64,000 bases of DNA from Bacilli bacterium (GCA_050949315.1 JBMNFL010000001.1:352001-416000), one strand, 5' to 3'; positions 8,467-19,053 are shown, counted from the stretch's first letter. Notes: a model not told the origin generated them from the sequence alone. Made by a program: numbers and translations.

Positions 8467-9822
8467 ATGAATATTATAGTAGTTGGAGATGGCAAAGTCG
8501 GCCGAGCTATAGTCAGTCATATCAGCAAAGAAAATCACAATATTGTTGTCATTGATAAAAACCCCGATAACATTCAAACGGTAGTTAACCAGTTTGATGT
8601 TTTAGGTGTTGTCGGTAATGGTGTTAGCTACGATATTTTAAAAGAGGCCTCTGTCCATACTGCCGACTTATTTATTGCGGCTACCTCTAGTGATGAAATC
8701 AATCTTTTAGCCTGCGCCATCGCTAAGACGCTTGGTGCCAGCGATACCATAGCCCGTGTTCGTGATCCTGAATATTTAAACCAAGTCGCTTTCATGCGTA
8801 GAGAACTCGGCGTAACAATGACTATTAATCCTGAGTATTCAACGGCTCATGAAATTCTCAATATGATCCAAATCCCCGCCGCCTTAAAGATAGAAACTTT
8901 TGCTAATGGGCGCGCTGAAATGATGGAGATCTATGTTGAAGATAAAAGTCCATTGGCGGGAATAAATTTAATTCAGTTGCGACAAAAATATCCTCTACCC
9001 TTCCTAGTCTGCGCGGTTCAACGCGGGGAAGAGGTTTTTATTCCAGGTGGCGATTTTGTTATTCAAGCAAATGATAAAATTCATATCTCTTCTTCTCGCA
9101 AGAATCTCACTCAACTCTTTAAGGAACTAGGCATTTTTAAGCGCCGACTTAATAATATTATGATTATTGGTGGGGGCAAAATTGGCTACTATCTCTGTGA
9201 ACTTTTATTACAGAATAACTACAATGTCAAGATCATTGAAAAAGACCAAAAGCGCTGTGAGGAATTAAGCGACTTTTTCCCAAGAGCAGTTATCATTCAT
9301 GCTGATGGCACTGACCAAGATGTGCTCAACCAAGAAGGTCTTAAAGAAGCCGATGCCATTGTAGCCCTTGCTAACATTGATGAGGAAAACATTGTCGTTT
9401 CCATGTATGCTCAGAAACAAGGTGTTAAAAAGGTTATCGCCAAAGTCAATCATTCTGGCTTACTGCAAATTATTGAAAGCGTTGATGTCGCCAGCACCAT
9501 TTCCCCTAAAGATGTGGTAGCCGATGAAATCCTCAGTTATGTTCGCGCCAAAAGTAATATTCATGGCAATAATGTTAAAACTCTTTATAAATTAGTTAAC
9601 GGTCAAGTCGAGGCCATAGAGTTCGAAGTTTGTGAAATGCCCCAAAAACTTGATTTGCCCTTAAAAGATTTAACTCTTAAAGACAACATCTTAATCGCCG
9701 CCATTATCCGTAATAATGAGGTCATTATTCCTGGTGGCAATGATCAAATAAAATTAGATGATCGCGTAGTCGTGGTTAGCAGTCAGTATTATTTTGACGA
9801 TTTAAGCGAAATTGTTAAATAG
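8467..9822 (+). CDS. trkA: Trk K+ uptake NAD-binding subunit
   Basis: Two Rossmann motifs (IIVVGDGKVG, IIGGGKIG) and RCK_C domains; start reassigned to ATG 8467 after GAGGTGG. Confidence 0.95.
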   Translation: MNIIVVGDGKVGRAIVSHISKENHNIVVIDKNPDNIQTVVNQFDVLGVVGNGVSYDILKEASVHTADLFIAATSSDEINLLACAIAKTLGASDTIARVRDPEYLNQVAFMRRELGVTMTINPEYSTAHEILNMIQIPAALKIETFANGRAEMMEIYVEDKSPLAGINLIQLRQKYPLPFLVCAVQRGEEVFIPGGDFVIQANDKIHISSSRKNLTQLFKELGIFKRRLNNIMIIGGGKIGYYLCELLLQNNYNVKIIEKDQKRCEELSDFFPRAVIIHADGTDQDVLNQEGLKEADAIVALANIDEENIVVSMYAQKQGVKKVIAKVNHSGLLQIIESVDVASTISPKDVVADEILSYVRAKSNIHGNNVKTLYKLVNGQVEAIEFEVCEMPQKLDLPLKDLTLKDNILIAAIIRNNEVIIPGGNDQIKLDDRVVVVSSQYYFDDLSEIVK

Positions 9823-9832
9823 AAGGTAAACT

Positions 9833-11287
9833 ATGAACTATAAAGCTGTTCGCAACTTAATTGGTAAAATTTTAATGATTGTGGGTGCTCTAATGATTCT
9901 CCCACTTTTTGTGGCTTTAATCGAAAATGAAGGCTGGCAAAATTATTTAGCTTTTCTTGTTCCTATAGCCGCTTTAGAAATCTGTGGTTTATTACTTAGA
10001 ATTAAAACCAATAAGTCTACCAACTTTCAAGCCAAAGAAGCCTTTGTTATCGTCGGCCTTTCTTGGCTTTTAATGACTTTATTTGGGGCCCTTCCTTTTG
10101 TTATTTCAGGTGATATCCCAAACTTTGTTGACGCGATTTTTGAAACCGCCTCTGGCTTTACCACCACAGGAGCTAGCATTTTAACCGACATTGAAGCGAC
10201 AACTAAGAGTGCCCTTTTTTGGCGTTCTTTTACTAACTGGATTGGTGGCATGGGCGTACTTGTCTTTGTACTCGCTATTATCCCCGAATCTAAACAAGGT
10301 GCCGCTGTTTTTCTTTTAAAAGCTGAAAGTCCCGGCCCTCAGGTTAATAAACTGGTTTCTAAAATGCGCTTTTCGGCCCGCATTCTCTATCTTATCTATA
10401 TCGGTCTAACTATCTTAGAATTCATTTTCCTACTTTTTGGAAAAATGGAAATCTTTGAAGCGATTACTCTTTCCTTTTCCACCGCGGGTACCGGCGGCTT
10501 TAGTATCCTTAACACCAGCGTGGCTAGCGCCAATGCTTTTTGCCAATATGTCATCGCCATTTTTATGATTATCTTTGGTATTAATTTTTCCCTTTTCTAC
10601 TTTATTCTCATTGGCCGGAGTAAAGAATTTTTTAAGAGCGAAGAGTTACGGGTCTATCTTGGTATTGTTTTTTTCTCAACTATCATCATTATCTTAAATA
10701 CCCTACCCCTTTATCACAATTTTGAAAGTAACTTCCGTACCGCTTTCTTCCAAGTTTCTTCCATTATCACCACCACTGGTTTTACCACTTATAACTATGA
10801 ATTATGGCCCAGTTTTTCTCGCGCCATTCTCTTTTTCCTAATGCTTATTGGGGCTTGTGCTGGTTCTACCGCTGGCGGTTTAAAAATCTCCCGTATAATC
10901 ATTCTTGTAAAAAGCAGTGCTAACAGCCTCTCCCGAGCCGTTAATCCTCGTAAAGTTAAGCAGATCAAATTTGAGAACAAGGCACTTCCTAATGAGACTG
11001 TCAATGCTGTCTTGGCCTACTTTGTTATCTACATGGGAATTATCTTTATTGTTGGTTTAATTGTTTCTTTAGATGGCTATGATTTACTGACGAATTTTTC
11101 GGCTTCTGTCGCCTGTATCTCTAATGTCGGCCCTGGCTTTAAACTGGTTGGTCCAAGTGGCAATTACGCCATCTTTGGCACACTTTCTAAACTCAGTCTT
11201 TCCTTAGAAATGATTCTCGGTCGTTTGGAACTCTTCCCAATTCTTATTCTCTTTAATCCTAAGACTTGGATTAATGGGCGCTGGTAA
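9833..11287 (+). CDS. trkH: Trk K+ uptake membrane subunit
   Basis: SGFTTTG, TAGTGGF, GACAGSTAGGLK, SNVGPG and GRLE pore motifs. Confidence 0.95.
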   Translation: MNYKAVRNLIGKILMIVGALMILPLFVALIENEGWQNYLAFLVPIAALEICGLLLRIKTNKSTNFQAKEAFVIVGLSWLLMTLFGALPFVISGDIPNFVDAIFETASGFTTTGASILTDIEATTKSALFWRSFTNWIGGMGVLVFVLAIIPESKQGAAVFLLKAESPGPQVNKLVSKMRFSARILYLIYIGLTILEFIFLLFGKMEIFEAITLSFSTAGTGGFSILNTSVASANAFCQYVIAIFMIIFGINFSLFYFILIGRSKEFFKSEELRVYLGIVFFSTIIIILNTLPLYHNFESNFRTAFFQVSSIITTTGFTTYNYELWPSFSRAILFFLMLIGACAGSTAGGLKISRIIILVKSSANSLSRAVNPRKVKQIKFENKALPNETVNAVLAYFVIYMGIIFIVGLIVSLDGYDLLTNFSASVACISNVGPGFKLVGPSGNYAIFGTLSKLSLSLEMILGRLELFPILILFNPKTWINGRW

Positions 11288-11296
11288 TAAAAAGTT

Positions 11297-11326
11297 TTGG
11301 CATTAGCTTAATGGCTATGCTATAAT
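11297..11326 (+). promoter_or_regulatory. Promoter of tRNA-Glu
   Basis: TTGGCA-18-TATAAT with extended TG. Confidence 0.6.
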
Positions 11327-11343
11327 GCACTTGCTACTTTTAA

Positions 11344-11418
11344 GGCCCCATGGTCAAGAGGTCAAGACGAGACCCTCTCAAGGTCTAATCCCGAGTTCGA
11401 TTCTCGGTGGGGTCACCA
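11344..11418 (+). tRNA. tRNA-Glu(CTC)
   Basis: Acceptor GGCCCCA/TGGGGTC; anticodon arm AGACC-CTCTCAA-GGTCT; TTCGA loop; encoded CCA. Confidence 0.95.
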
Positions 11419-11421
11419 CTT

Positions 11422-11464
11422 AAAAAAAAGAGGATGTAAGTCAAAATCTCACATCCTTTTTATT
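11422..11464. terminator. Bidirectional intrinsic terminator between tRNA-Glu and abiEii
   Basis: AGGATGT...ACATCCT stem with an A-run before and a T-run after. Confidence 0.7.
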
Positions 11465-11479
11465 ATCTATAAACGTCTT

Positions 11480-12343
11480 TCATTGAGCTTTTAATTCCTT
11501 TAAAGTAGAAATAAATAGTTCAGCCTTCCAAAGATTTAAACTGTCCTTATCACTGATAAAACTAGCGACATCTTTTTTGGCGGCTTCATAATCAATCTCA
11601 GCAAACTTTTCTTTTAAAAGTTCTCTTACCATCTCTAATGTAAGAGTGGCATCACTATCAATTTTGCCAGTATCTTTTAATTTATTTTCTAAGTATCTGA
11701 GATTAAATTTGCTGCCCTTACTGACATAGAAAAGATAGTCATAATAATCTCGACCCTTTACCTGCTTCTTATAACTACGACAGAGAAGGGCATGAATCTT
11801 GCCTGCAAATAAACTTGCTTCATCAAAAATTTGAATCTCATAAGGTGCTGGCAACATTCTAAAAGCAATTTCTGTTGTTCCACCACTAGGATTATCAACA
11901 TCTACTTCAAATTTGATTTTTATCTTTTGATTGGCTATCACTTTTTTAGCATCTTCGCTTCTAGGGAAGAAGGACATCATAAGCACAGCTGTATTTCCTT
12001 TTAAAAAAGCCCGCTGAACCTTTTTTACCCGACTGTCTTTGGATTCGACATTAATCTCAATACCATAGGAAAGAAACTCTTTTTCAAGAGCCGGTAAATA
12101 AGCCGCCAGTTTAAAGGTTTCATCCTTTTCTAACAAGGCAAAATCTAAATCTTCACTAAACCGGTTTAATTGGTGAAATATTCTTAAACAACTGCCACCA
12201 TAAAAGGCGGCCTTCTTAAAAAAGCCTCCTCTAGATAAGCCCGCCAAGGCAATTTCTTGAATTATCTCCTTAATGGCATTTTCTCTTTCTTGGTTGTTTT
12301 GAGGCCTATATTTATTCAACATTATGGCGATGGCATTATTCAT
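11480..12343 (-). CDS. abiEii: Type IV TA toxin, AbiEii/AbiGii-family nucleotidyltransferase
   Basis: FYGGSCLR, RFSEDLDF, KIHALL and GRDYYD motifs. Confidence 0.9.
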   Translation of the reverse strand: MNNAIAIMLNKYRPQNNQERENAIKEIIQEIALAGLSRGGFFKKAAFYGGSCLRIFHQLNRFSEDLDFALLEKDETFKLAAYLPALEKEFLSYGIEINVESKDSRVKKVQRAFLKGNTAVLMMSFFPRSEDAKKVIANQKIKIKFEVDVDNPSGGTTEIAFRMLPAPYEIQIFDEASLFAGKIHALLCRSYKKQVKGRDYYDYLFYVSKGSKFNLRYLENKLKDTGKIDSDATLTLEMVRELLKEKFAEIDYEAAKKDVASFISDKDSLNLWKAELFISTLKELKAQ

Positions 12344-12929
12344 AGTTATATTCCTTTCTAATTAACTTTATTAAAAGATTTAAATTAGTTCTTTTGTATA
12401 GTTTGGCCAGTCTTATCATTAACTTAAAATCACAAGATGAAAATTCATCTTGATCAATTCTTTTATCAATAAATAACAGTTCCTTTAATTCCTTAATACT
12501 GCCCACCACTCTCCACTTGTAAAGAGAATCACAAATAGCCTTTTCTTTCGTGGCCATCTTTACTAGATAATCGCCCTCTTTTAAATAAGTTAAGCCTTCA
12601 GAAAAAGCGGCAGCTGGAATATCGCTGTATTCATATCGGCCTAACTTATTTTCAAAACATTTATTCTTTCTTAAACCTAAAGAGGCCGAGGTAATGGCGA
12701 AAACTTTCTCGGGAATCAAACCATAATACGACAAGGCATAATCAAAACTTAGATATGATGGTGATAAGATAGAAGAGGCTAGTAAGCAGGGATTAATACT
12801 ACTATCCCTAACATAAAGGCTTCTATTTAAGCGAATGAGAGCACCACTAGCAGCATCACGCTTAATTTTATCTAAGGGATTAGCATAATCGGCATATTCT
12901 TTCTTTAACATCGAAGTTGTAACTAGCAT
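12336..12929 (-). CDS. abiEi: Type IV TA antitoxin, AbiEi-family transcriptional regulator
   Basis: LIRLNRSLY, PSYLSFDYALSYYGLIPE and ATKEKAICD motifs; overlaps the toxin start. Confidence 0.85.
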   Translation of the reverse strand: MLVTTSMLKKEYADYANPLDKIKRDAASGALIRLNRSLYVRDSSINPCLLASSILSPSYLSFDYALSYYGLIPEKVFAITSASLGLRKNKCFENKLGRYEYSDIPAAAFSEGLTYLKEGDYLVKMATKEKAICDSLYKWRVVGSIKELKELLFIDKRIDQDEFSSCDFKLMIRLAKLYKRTNLNLLIKLIRKEYNYE

Positions 12930-13033
12930 ATTTGCACCTCCAAATACAATTTTATTGGATTTCGTGGAGATTTCAAGTATATTTTATCAAATATTTAATA
13001 AAATCAAGTTTTTTAAGCAAATTCAAATAAAAA

Positions 13034-13054
13034 CAGGAACCTTAATGATTCCTG
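13034..13054 (-). terminator. Probable terminator of the nusA/infB operon
   Basis: CAGGAA...TTCCTG stem followed by a U-run on the minus strand. Confidence 0.5.
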
Positions 13055-13068
13055 CCCTTGAAAATTTC

Positions 13069-13695
13069 TTATAACAACTCTTTAAAAGAATAGATGTAAC
13101 GATCACAAAAGACCTTCATCTCTTCTTGGTATCTTTTACTTAAATCATCATAGACACCATAGACGACAAAGCCGGCCTTTTTAGCTACCAGTGAAAAGCG
13201 AACATTATCTTCAAAAACCACACACTCATGTGGCTTGTATCCTAATCTTTCCGCACATTTAAGATAGATGTCGGGCCTAAATTTACCCACGCCCGCTTCT
13301 TCTTCATCCATCAAAAATTCAAAATATGAACTGAGTCCTAAATGCTCTATAGCCTTAAGGGCCATAAAACGCGGGGTTGCTGTTGCTACACACATCTTAA
13401 TCTTCTTCTTTTTATTGGCTTTGAGATAAGGGATTACGCCTTCTTTTATTTTGACCTTTGTCGCATAAAAATCCGTCATGACCTGATACCAACGCTCTTT
13501 AAATTCTTGCTTTTCTTCTTCTGTTAAATTTTGAGAAATGTGTCTAACGATCTCTTGCGAAGACATCTTTTGCATCTGCGCGATAAACTCAGGATCATCT
13601 TTTAAATAGGGCTCTGTAGCAATGCGCCCTGATTCATACCAGTGGGACATGGAATCCAAAAGGGTTCCATCCATATCAAAAATAATAGCTTTCAT
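13069..13695 (-). CDS. HAD family phosphatase
   Basis: FDMDGTLLDS motif I; K..PDIY; FED motif IV. Confidence 0.9.
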   Translation of the reverse strand: MKAIIFDMDGTLLDSMSHWYESGRIATEPYLKDDPEFIAQMQKMSSQEIVRHISQNLTEEEKQEFKERWYQVMTDFYATKVKIKEGVIPYLKANKKKKIKMCVATATPRFMALKAIEHLGLSSYFEFLMDEEEAGVGKFRPDIYLKCAERLGYKPHECVVFEDNVRFSLVAKKAGFVVYGVYDDLSKRYQEEMKVFCDRYIYSFKELL

Positions 13696-13696
13696 C

Positions 13697-14029
13697 TTAT
13701 TTCAAGGCCTCGAGAATTTTTTCAATTTTCTTACCATCTTCATAAGAGGTGTCCTGAACAAAAATCAAGGCTGGACATTTATAGGTTTTTAAACGCCTGG
13801 CTAATTCCGTACGTAAATACCCCTTAGCCTGCTCTAAGGCCTCTAAAGTAGCCTTAACTTTCTGCTCCTCTAAAATTGAGACATAGACCTTAGCATAGGA
13901 ATAATCTCTAGTGACTTCAACATTGGTAATCGTCACAAAACCAATCTTAGGATTCTTAACTTCAAATTCAATAATATCCGATAAATGCTTTAAAATCTGA
14001 ACATTTAATTTATCAACTTTGTAAGACAC
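13697..14029 (-). CDS. rbfA: Ribosome-binding factor A
   Basis: VTITNVEVTRDYSYAKVYVS, P.L.F..D; follows infB. Confidence 0.95.
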   Translation of the reverse strand: MSYKVDKLNVQILKHLSDIIEFEVKNPKIGFVTITNVEVTRDYSYAKVYVSILEEQKVKATLEALEQAKGYLRTELARRLKTYKCPALIFVQDTSYEDGKKIEKILEALK

Positions 14030-14045
14030 AATATTACCCCCTTAA

Positions 14046-15896
14046 TTAATCGCGGGCCACCTCTTGATCATAATAACCTTCAATGATGTCGCCTTCTTTA
14101 AGATCATCATAACCCTTAATGGTGCAGCCGCACTCATAACCTTCTTTTATCTCTTTAACATCGTTTTGGAAACGTTTTAAAGAGCCCAAAACCCCATCAT
14201 AGATGACTATGCCATCACGGATGAGCCTAACCTTACTATCGGCCTTCATAAAGCCTGAGGTCACATAACAACCGGCGATAGTGCCGACTTTGGAAACTTT
14301 GAAAAGTTGGCGTATTTCTAATTGACCAGAAACCATCTCTTTATAAACCGGTTTCAACATCCCCTTCATCGCCGCTTCCATCTCTTCAATCAGAGCATAG
14401 ATGACGCGATGTAGACGGATGTCAACATTCTTCTCCTCCGCTAACTTGCGAATATTGGCGTCAGGTCGCACATTGAAGCCATAGATAAGGGCTTGAGAGG
14501 CATCAGCCAATATAACATCACTTTCCGTTATCGCTCCAGCTTGATAACGAATGACATTGATTTTCACACCCTCAACATCGATTTTTTCTAAAGCCCCCTT
14601 AACCGCTTCCGCTGAACCTTGAACATCGGCTTTGATAATCACATTGATGGTGATTGTTTCACCCTCTTTAATCTGATTATAAAGATCATCTAAAGAGTGG
14701 GCCGTTGAGCCACGACGTTCCTTCTCAGTCTTGCGACTTATCCTGGTACTAGCGATAGCCCGGGCTTGTTTTTCGTCCTTAAAAGCCATAAACTTGTCAC
14801 CAGCTTCGGGGACATCACTAAGGCCGCTTATCACTACTGGTGAAGAAGGACCAGCGACTTTAATAAGGCGATTAACATCATCGCGCATCTGCCGAATCCG
14901 GCCAAAATAAGGGCCGACAACGACACAGTCCCCTGTCCTTAAACTACCATTTTGTACCAAAACGGTTGCCACTGGACCTTTGCCTTTATCGAGTTCGGCC
15001 TCAACGACCGTTCCCATGGCATAACGCTTGGGATTGGCCTTTAATTCACGTACTTCTGAAACCACTAAAATATTTTCTAAAAGCTCACTGATTCCGGTTT
15101 TTTGTTTAGCCGAAACCGGACAATAAATCGTACTGCCTCCCCACTCTTCAGGCACCAAGCCTAAATCGCTAAGGGCATATTTAATCTTCTCAGGATCGGC
15201 TCCTTCCTTATCCATCTTATTAACGGCAACAATAATGGGCACATCGGCGGCTTTGGCATGATCGACCGCTTCCCTAGTTTGGGGCATAACTCCATCATCG
15301 GCGGCCACCACGATAATAACCACATCGGTGATTTGACTGCCCCTAGCCCGCATGGCCGTAAAAGCCGCGTGACCTGGAGTATCTAAGAAAGTGATCTTCT
15401 TACCTTTAATCTCGACTTGATAAGCCCCAACTGCCTGAGTGATGCCCCCAACTTCGCCTTCCGCAACTTTGGTTTTTCTAATAGCATCTAACAAGGTAGT
15501 CTTGCCATGGTCAACATGGCCCATAATAGTAACAACTGGAGGTCTTTCCACCAAATCTTTGGGATCATCGATGATGTCAATTTCTTCGAAATTGCTCTCA
15601 TCAACTACCTTTTCTTTTTTGAAATCATAGCCAAAATTAAGACAGACTAGAGCGATTAAATCATCATCAAGGGTTGAATTGATGTTGACCATCTTGCCAT
15701 CCATAAAGAGAAATTTGATAATCTCAGTGACAGTTATATTCAAAGACTCTGCCAATTTGGTAACACTAATCGGCTCTGAATAGGTAAAAACCCCGCCATT
15801 TAGCTTCTCGCGTTCTTTTGGCGCGCGAGTAAATCTTTGAACATTGGATGTCCGTCTATCAGTTGGCTTAGATTTACGGATTCTCTTTTTAGCCAT
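14046..15896 (-). CDS. infB: Translation initiation factor IF-2 (short N-terminus)
   Basis: [22 protein letters not shown] and NKMD motifs. Confidence 0.98.
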   Translation of the reverse strand: MAKKRIRKSKPTDRRTSNVQRFTRAPKEREKLNGGVFTYSEPISVTKLAESLNITVTEIIKFLFMDGKMVNINSTLDDDLIALVCLNFGYDFKKEKVVDESNFEEIDIIDDPKDLVERPPVVTIMGHVDHGKTTLLDAIRKTKVAEGEVGGITQAVGAYQVEIKGKKITFLDTPGHAAFTAMRARGSQITDVVIIVVAADDGVMPQTREAVDHAKAADVPIIVAVNKMDKEGADPEKIKYALSDLGLVPEEWGGSTIYCPVSAKQKTGISELLENILVVSEVRELKANPKRYAMGTVVEAELDKGKGPVATVLVQNGSLRTGDCVVVGPYFGRIRQMRDDVNRLIKVAGPSSPVVISGLSDVPEAGDKFMAFKDEKQARAIASTRISRKTEKERRGSTAHSLDDLYNQIKEGETITINVIIKADVQGSAEAVKGALEKIDVEGVKINVIRYQAGAITESDVILADASQALIYGFNVRPDANIRKLAEEKNVDIRLHRVIYALIEEMEAAMKGMLKPVYKEMVSGQLEIRQLFKVSKVGTIAGCYVTSGFMKADSKVRLIRDGIVIYDGVLGSLKRFQNDVKEIKEGYECGCTIKGYDDLKEGDIIEGYYDQEVARD

Positions 15897-15913
15897 AAAA
15901 GCTCAACCTCCTT

Positions 15914-16174
15914 TTAAATCTTTTTTAACAATTCTTCATAAATACTCTCCGGTATCGCGATCTCTAAGGCTTTAGCCAGGGCGTTTTTGCGTTTGGCAAG
16001 TTCAATTACCGCGGCCTCTTTTTTTAAATAAGCCCCACGCCCATTAGCCCGACCGCTTTCATCAACAAAGACCTCGCCTTCTTTATTTTTAACAACTCTA
16101 AGTAGTTCCTTTTTAGGTAATAACTCTTGAGTTACTACACACTTTCTCAAAGGAATTTTTTTAACCTTAATCAT
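15914..16174 (-). CDS. ylxR: YlxR/RnpM family RNA-binding protein
   Basis: KKIPLRKCVVT...KKELLRVV...GRGAYL; true start is ATG 16174 overlapping the nusA stop. Confidence 0.9.
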   Translation of the reverse strand: MIKVKKIPLRKCVVTQELLPKKELLRVVKNKEGEVFVDESGRANGRGAYLKKEAAVIELAKRKNALAKALEIAIPESIYEELLKKI

Positions 16175-17831
16175 AGTACTCATCGTAATCTTCTTCATCG
16201 TAGTCATAATCGTAGTCGTCCTTCTTAGCCGCTTCTTCTTCCTCTTGAATGGCCTTGAGTTCTTCTTCGGTGTAGACTGGCATGTAGTTCTTACGAGCCT
16301 CTTCTTCTCTTGCCTTCGCCTTTGCCTCTTCTTCTTTCTTTTTCGCCTTATTGGATTTTCTAGCAACCGTCTTCTTCTCAACTGGTTTTTCTACTTCCTC
16401 AGGCTGACTTTCCTCGACAACAGGAATGTGTTCGGCCTTGATTTTAGGCGTCGGCATTCTAGCTAAAATATCCTCTAAGTGACTTTCTTCTTTTGGTAAA
16501 GGTGGCACAATATCTTCAGCAACTTTTTTCTCTTCAACTTTAGCAGTCTCTTCTAAAACTTCTTCTGTTGGCACACTAGCCTCTACAGGAACTTCTTCAC
16601 TTTCCTTAACTTCTGGTGCCAGTTCTAATTCTTCAGCTTCCTCTTGACGATACTTCAAAGCATATTCCGCCCGAATGTCACTGATAGTCCGATAATTTAA
16701 ACGTTCGGCTAAAGCCTCGTCCACTGTCTTAATATCAATATTGTAATCCGTTATGCGCGCAGCCAAGGAGACATTTTGGCCCTTGCGTCCAACGGCTAAA
16801 GAAAAATCATCATTAGCCACAACTACCGTGGCTCTACCTTTGCGTCCTCGCACCTGACGATCTTCATCCTCATTGAGATCGGACTTTTCTACTGTATCAT
16901 CCGCCGTATTCTTCTCAAGAATAAGCCCCAAAACCTCAGCGGGTTTCAAAGCTTCAGCAATAAATAACTCAGGTTCATCATAATACTGAATAACATCAAT
17001 TTTCTCATTAGCAAGTTGATTGCTGATATTTTGAATACGCATACCTTTTTGACCAATACAGGCCCCAGGGGCATCGATGTTAGGATCGGTGCTGAAAACA
17101 GCAACCTTTGCTCTTTCACCAGGAATTCTAGCGATTTTCTTGATATCGACAAGACCGTTATGCACTTCGGTAATCTCGCGATCAAACAAGCATTTTAATA
17201 GACCAGGTGCCGTCCGCGAAACGACCACTTGGTTCTTATCAACTGATAAAATATAGACTCTTATCTGCTGACCAACATAATAGTTCTCAGTGGGAATTCT
17301 CTGCCTTGCGGGCATTACCGCGTTGGTAGTTCCAAAATTAATTAAGATCCTAGGTTCAACCTTTTCTACAATGCCGGTAAAGATATCGTAAACCTTGTCG
17401 TGGAATTGCTCATAGATAACTTTCTTTTCGGCTTCCTTAATCTGTTGCTTTAGGTTTTGTTTGATATACATGACGGCCATTCTTTGGAAATCATCAATGG
17501 GAATTTCTTTTTCAATGACATCGCCAACTTTGGCATCTTTCTTTATCTTCTTGGCATCACTTAAAAGAATCTCATAGGATGAATCATAACTATTATCATC
17601 CGGCTTATCGATGACATCCTTTTGAGCATAAAAGCGAATACTACCGTTGGTTTCATCCACCTCAACCCGGGCCTTCGCATTGATATTGGCATTCTTTTCT
17701 TTAAATTTCTTTTGGTAGGCTAAAATCAGCGACTGTTTTAAAGCATCGATAATAACATCCGCTGGAATATTAGTTTTCTCTTGTAGCTCAGCAAAGGCGG
17801 CTACAAATTCTTTAGCATTAATCATGTGCAT
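16167..17831 (-). CDS. nusA: Transcription termination factor NusA with long acidic C-terminal tail
   Basis: S1 and KH domains: ARIPGERAKVAV, GACIGQKGMRI, LAVGRKGQNVSLAA. Confidence 0.97.
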   Translation of the reverse strand: MHMINAKEFVAAFAELQEKTNIPADVIIDALKQSLILAYQKKFKEKNANINAKARVEVDETNGSIRFYAQKDVIDKPDDNSYDSSYEILLSDAKKIKKDAKVGDVIEKEIPIDDFQRMAVMYIKQNLKQQIKEAEKKVIYEQFHDKVYDIFTGIVEKVEPRILINFGTTNAVMPARQRIPTENYYVGQQIRVYILSVDKNQVVVSRTAPGLLKCLFDREITEVHNGLVDIKKIARIPGERAKVAVFSTDPNIDAPGACIGQKGMRIQNISNQLANEKIDVIQYYDEPELFIAEALKPAEVLGLILEKNTADDTVEKSDLNEDEDRQVRGRKGRATVVVANDDFSLAVGRKGQNVSLAARITDYNIDIKTVDEALAERLNYRTISDIRAEYALKYRQEEAEELELAPEVKESEEVPVEASVPTEEVLEETAKVEEKKVAEDIVPPLPKEESHLEDILARMPTPKIKAEHIPVVEESQPEEVEKPVEKKTVARKSNKAKKKEEEAKAKAREEEARKNYMPVYTEEELKAIQEEEEAAKKDDYDYDYDEEDYDEYYD

Positions 17832-17838
17832 TTTCCTC

Positions 17839-18309
17839 CTATAACTTTACACATGTTCGAGCCGCAGTGATATTGCTACGACTGATGACAACTTCTTTAA
17901 CTTGCGTTTTAATCTTTATTTCTAGGCTTATTGTTTCGGCATCAACATCTCTTAAATAGCCAACTAATTCATCATAGCCAGCCACCTTTTCTTGGACTTG
18001 GACTAAGATGTATTGATCAATAGCGGCCTGCCATTGCTCAGAATTTATCAAGGCTTTCTCCGCCCCCGCGGAAGCCACTTCTAAAATATACTCTGAATCA
18101 ATGGGGTCTTCTTTATCTAAGGCCAAAGATATTTTCTCACTGAGGGCAACACAACAATCAAGATCAACTCCGCCCTTTTTATCAATTAAAATTGATAAGA
18201 TTAAATCTTTACCTTCCTGATGTAAGGATAAGTCATAGAGTTCAAGTTCTGGACTTAATAAGGGTAAGACCAGTTCTTTTAACCTTGTATAGAGCTTTTT
18301 ATCCACCAA
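17839..18309 (-). CDS. rimP: Ribosome maturation factor RimP
   Basis: IDK.GGV.LD.C and YILEVASAG motifs; first gene of the nusA operon. Confidence 0.93.
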   Translation of the reverse strand: MVDKKLYTRLKELVLPLLSPELELYDLSLHQEGKDLILSILIDKKGGVDLDCCVALSEKISLALDKEDPIDSEYILEVASAGAEKALINSEQWQAAIDQYILVQVQEKVAGYDELVGYLRDVDAETISLEIKIKTQVKEVVISRSNITAARTCVKL

Positions 18310-18332
18310 AACACCTCCTAAATAAAACTTAA

Positions 18333-18352
18333 GAGTGGGTTTGGGCCCACTC
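18333..18352 (-). promoter_or_regulatory. rimP leader hairpin (NusA-responsive attenuator type)
   Basis: GAGTGGG-CCCAAA-CCCACTC followed by a weak U-tract just upstream of the rimP RBS; a candidate promoter TTGCTT-18-TAGTAT lies upstream. Confidence 0.7.
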
Positions 18353-18409
18353 GACTGTAGTCATACTAGCATAAAAGAGAAAAATAAGCAAGGAAAATCT
18401 TTAGGATTT

Positions 18410-19051
18410 TTACTTAGAGCAGAGTTTAACTCCCGAAGAAGTGCCAATCCGACTGGCCCCTGCTTGAACTAAAGCCTCTAAGTCTTCACGACTGCGAATA
18501 CCCCCTGAAGCTTTCACACCCAACTTATCGCCAACGGTTTTCCGCATTAAACTGACATCGTGAACCGTGGCTCCACCAGTAGAAAAACCCGTGGAGGTTT
18601 TAACAAAGTCGGCACCCGCCTCTAAGGCTAGCTTACAGGCTTGAACCTTTTCTTCATCGCTTAATAAACAAGTTTCAATGATAACTTTGACTAAGCGCCC
18701 TTTCGCCGCCTTAACCACGGCCTTAATGTCGCCATAAACATAGTCATAAAAACCGGCCTTTAAAGCCCCGACATTGATGACCATATCAATCTCATCGGCC
18801 CCGTTATCTAAGGCATTGCTGGTCTCAAAAGCCTTGGTTTCAGAAGTCGTCGCTCCTAAAGGAAAGCCAATAACGGTGCAGACCTTAACCCGACTCCCCT
18901 TTAATTGCTGAGTGCAAAATTTAACATAACAGGGATTTACACAGACCGCATAAAAATTATATTCCTTGGCCTCTAAACAAAGTTTAGCGATTGCTTCTTG
19001 TGAGGCCTCTGGCTTTAACAAAGTATGATCAATTAGTTGATTGTAATCCAT
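18410..19051 (-). CDS. deoC: Deoxyribose-phosphate aldolase
   Basis: [25 protein letters not shown] and KASGGIR motifs. Confidence 0.97.
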   Translation of the reverse strand: MDYNQLIDHTLLKPEASQEAIAKLCLEAKEYNFYAVCVNPCYVKFCTQQLKGSRVKVCTVIGFPLGATTSETKAFETSNALDNGADEIDMVINVGALKAGFYDYVYGDIKAVVKAAKGRLVKVIIETCLLSDEEKVQACKLALEAGADFVKTSTGFSTGGATVHDVSLMRKTVGDKLGVKASGGIRSREDLEALVQAGASRIGTSSGVKLCSK

Positions 19052-19053
19052 TT

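Noticed and set aside
11390-13060. attL/attR-bounded island at tRNA-Glu
   Set aside because: No second copy of the tRNA 3' end and no integrase found by eye.
16175-16381. Arg/Lys-rich extension of YlxR
   Set aside because: Alternate-frame read of the low-complexity nusA tail.
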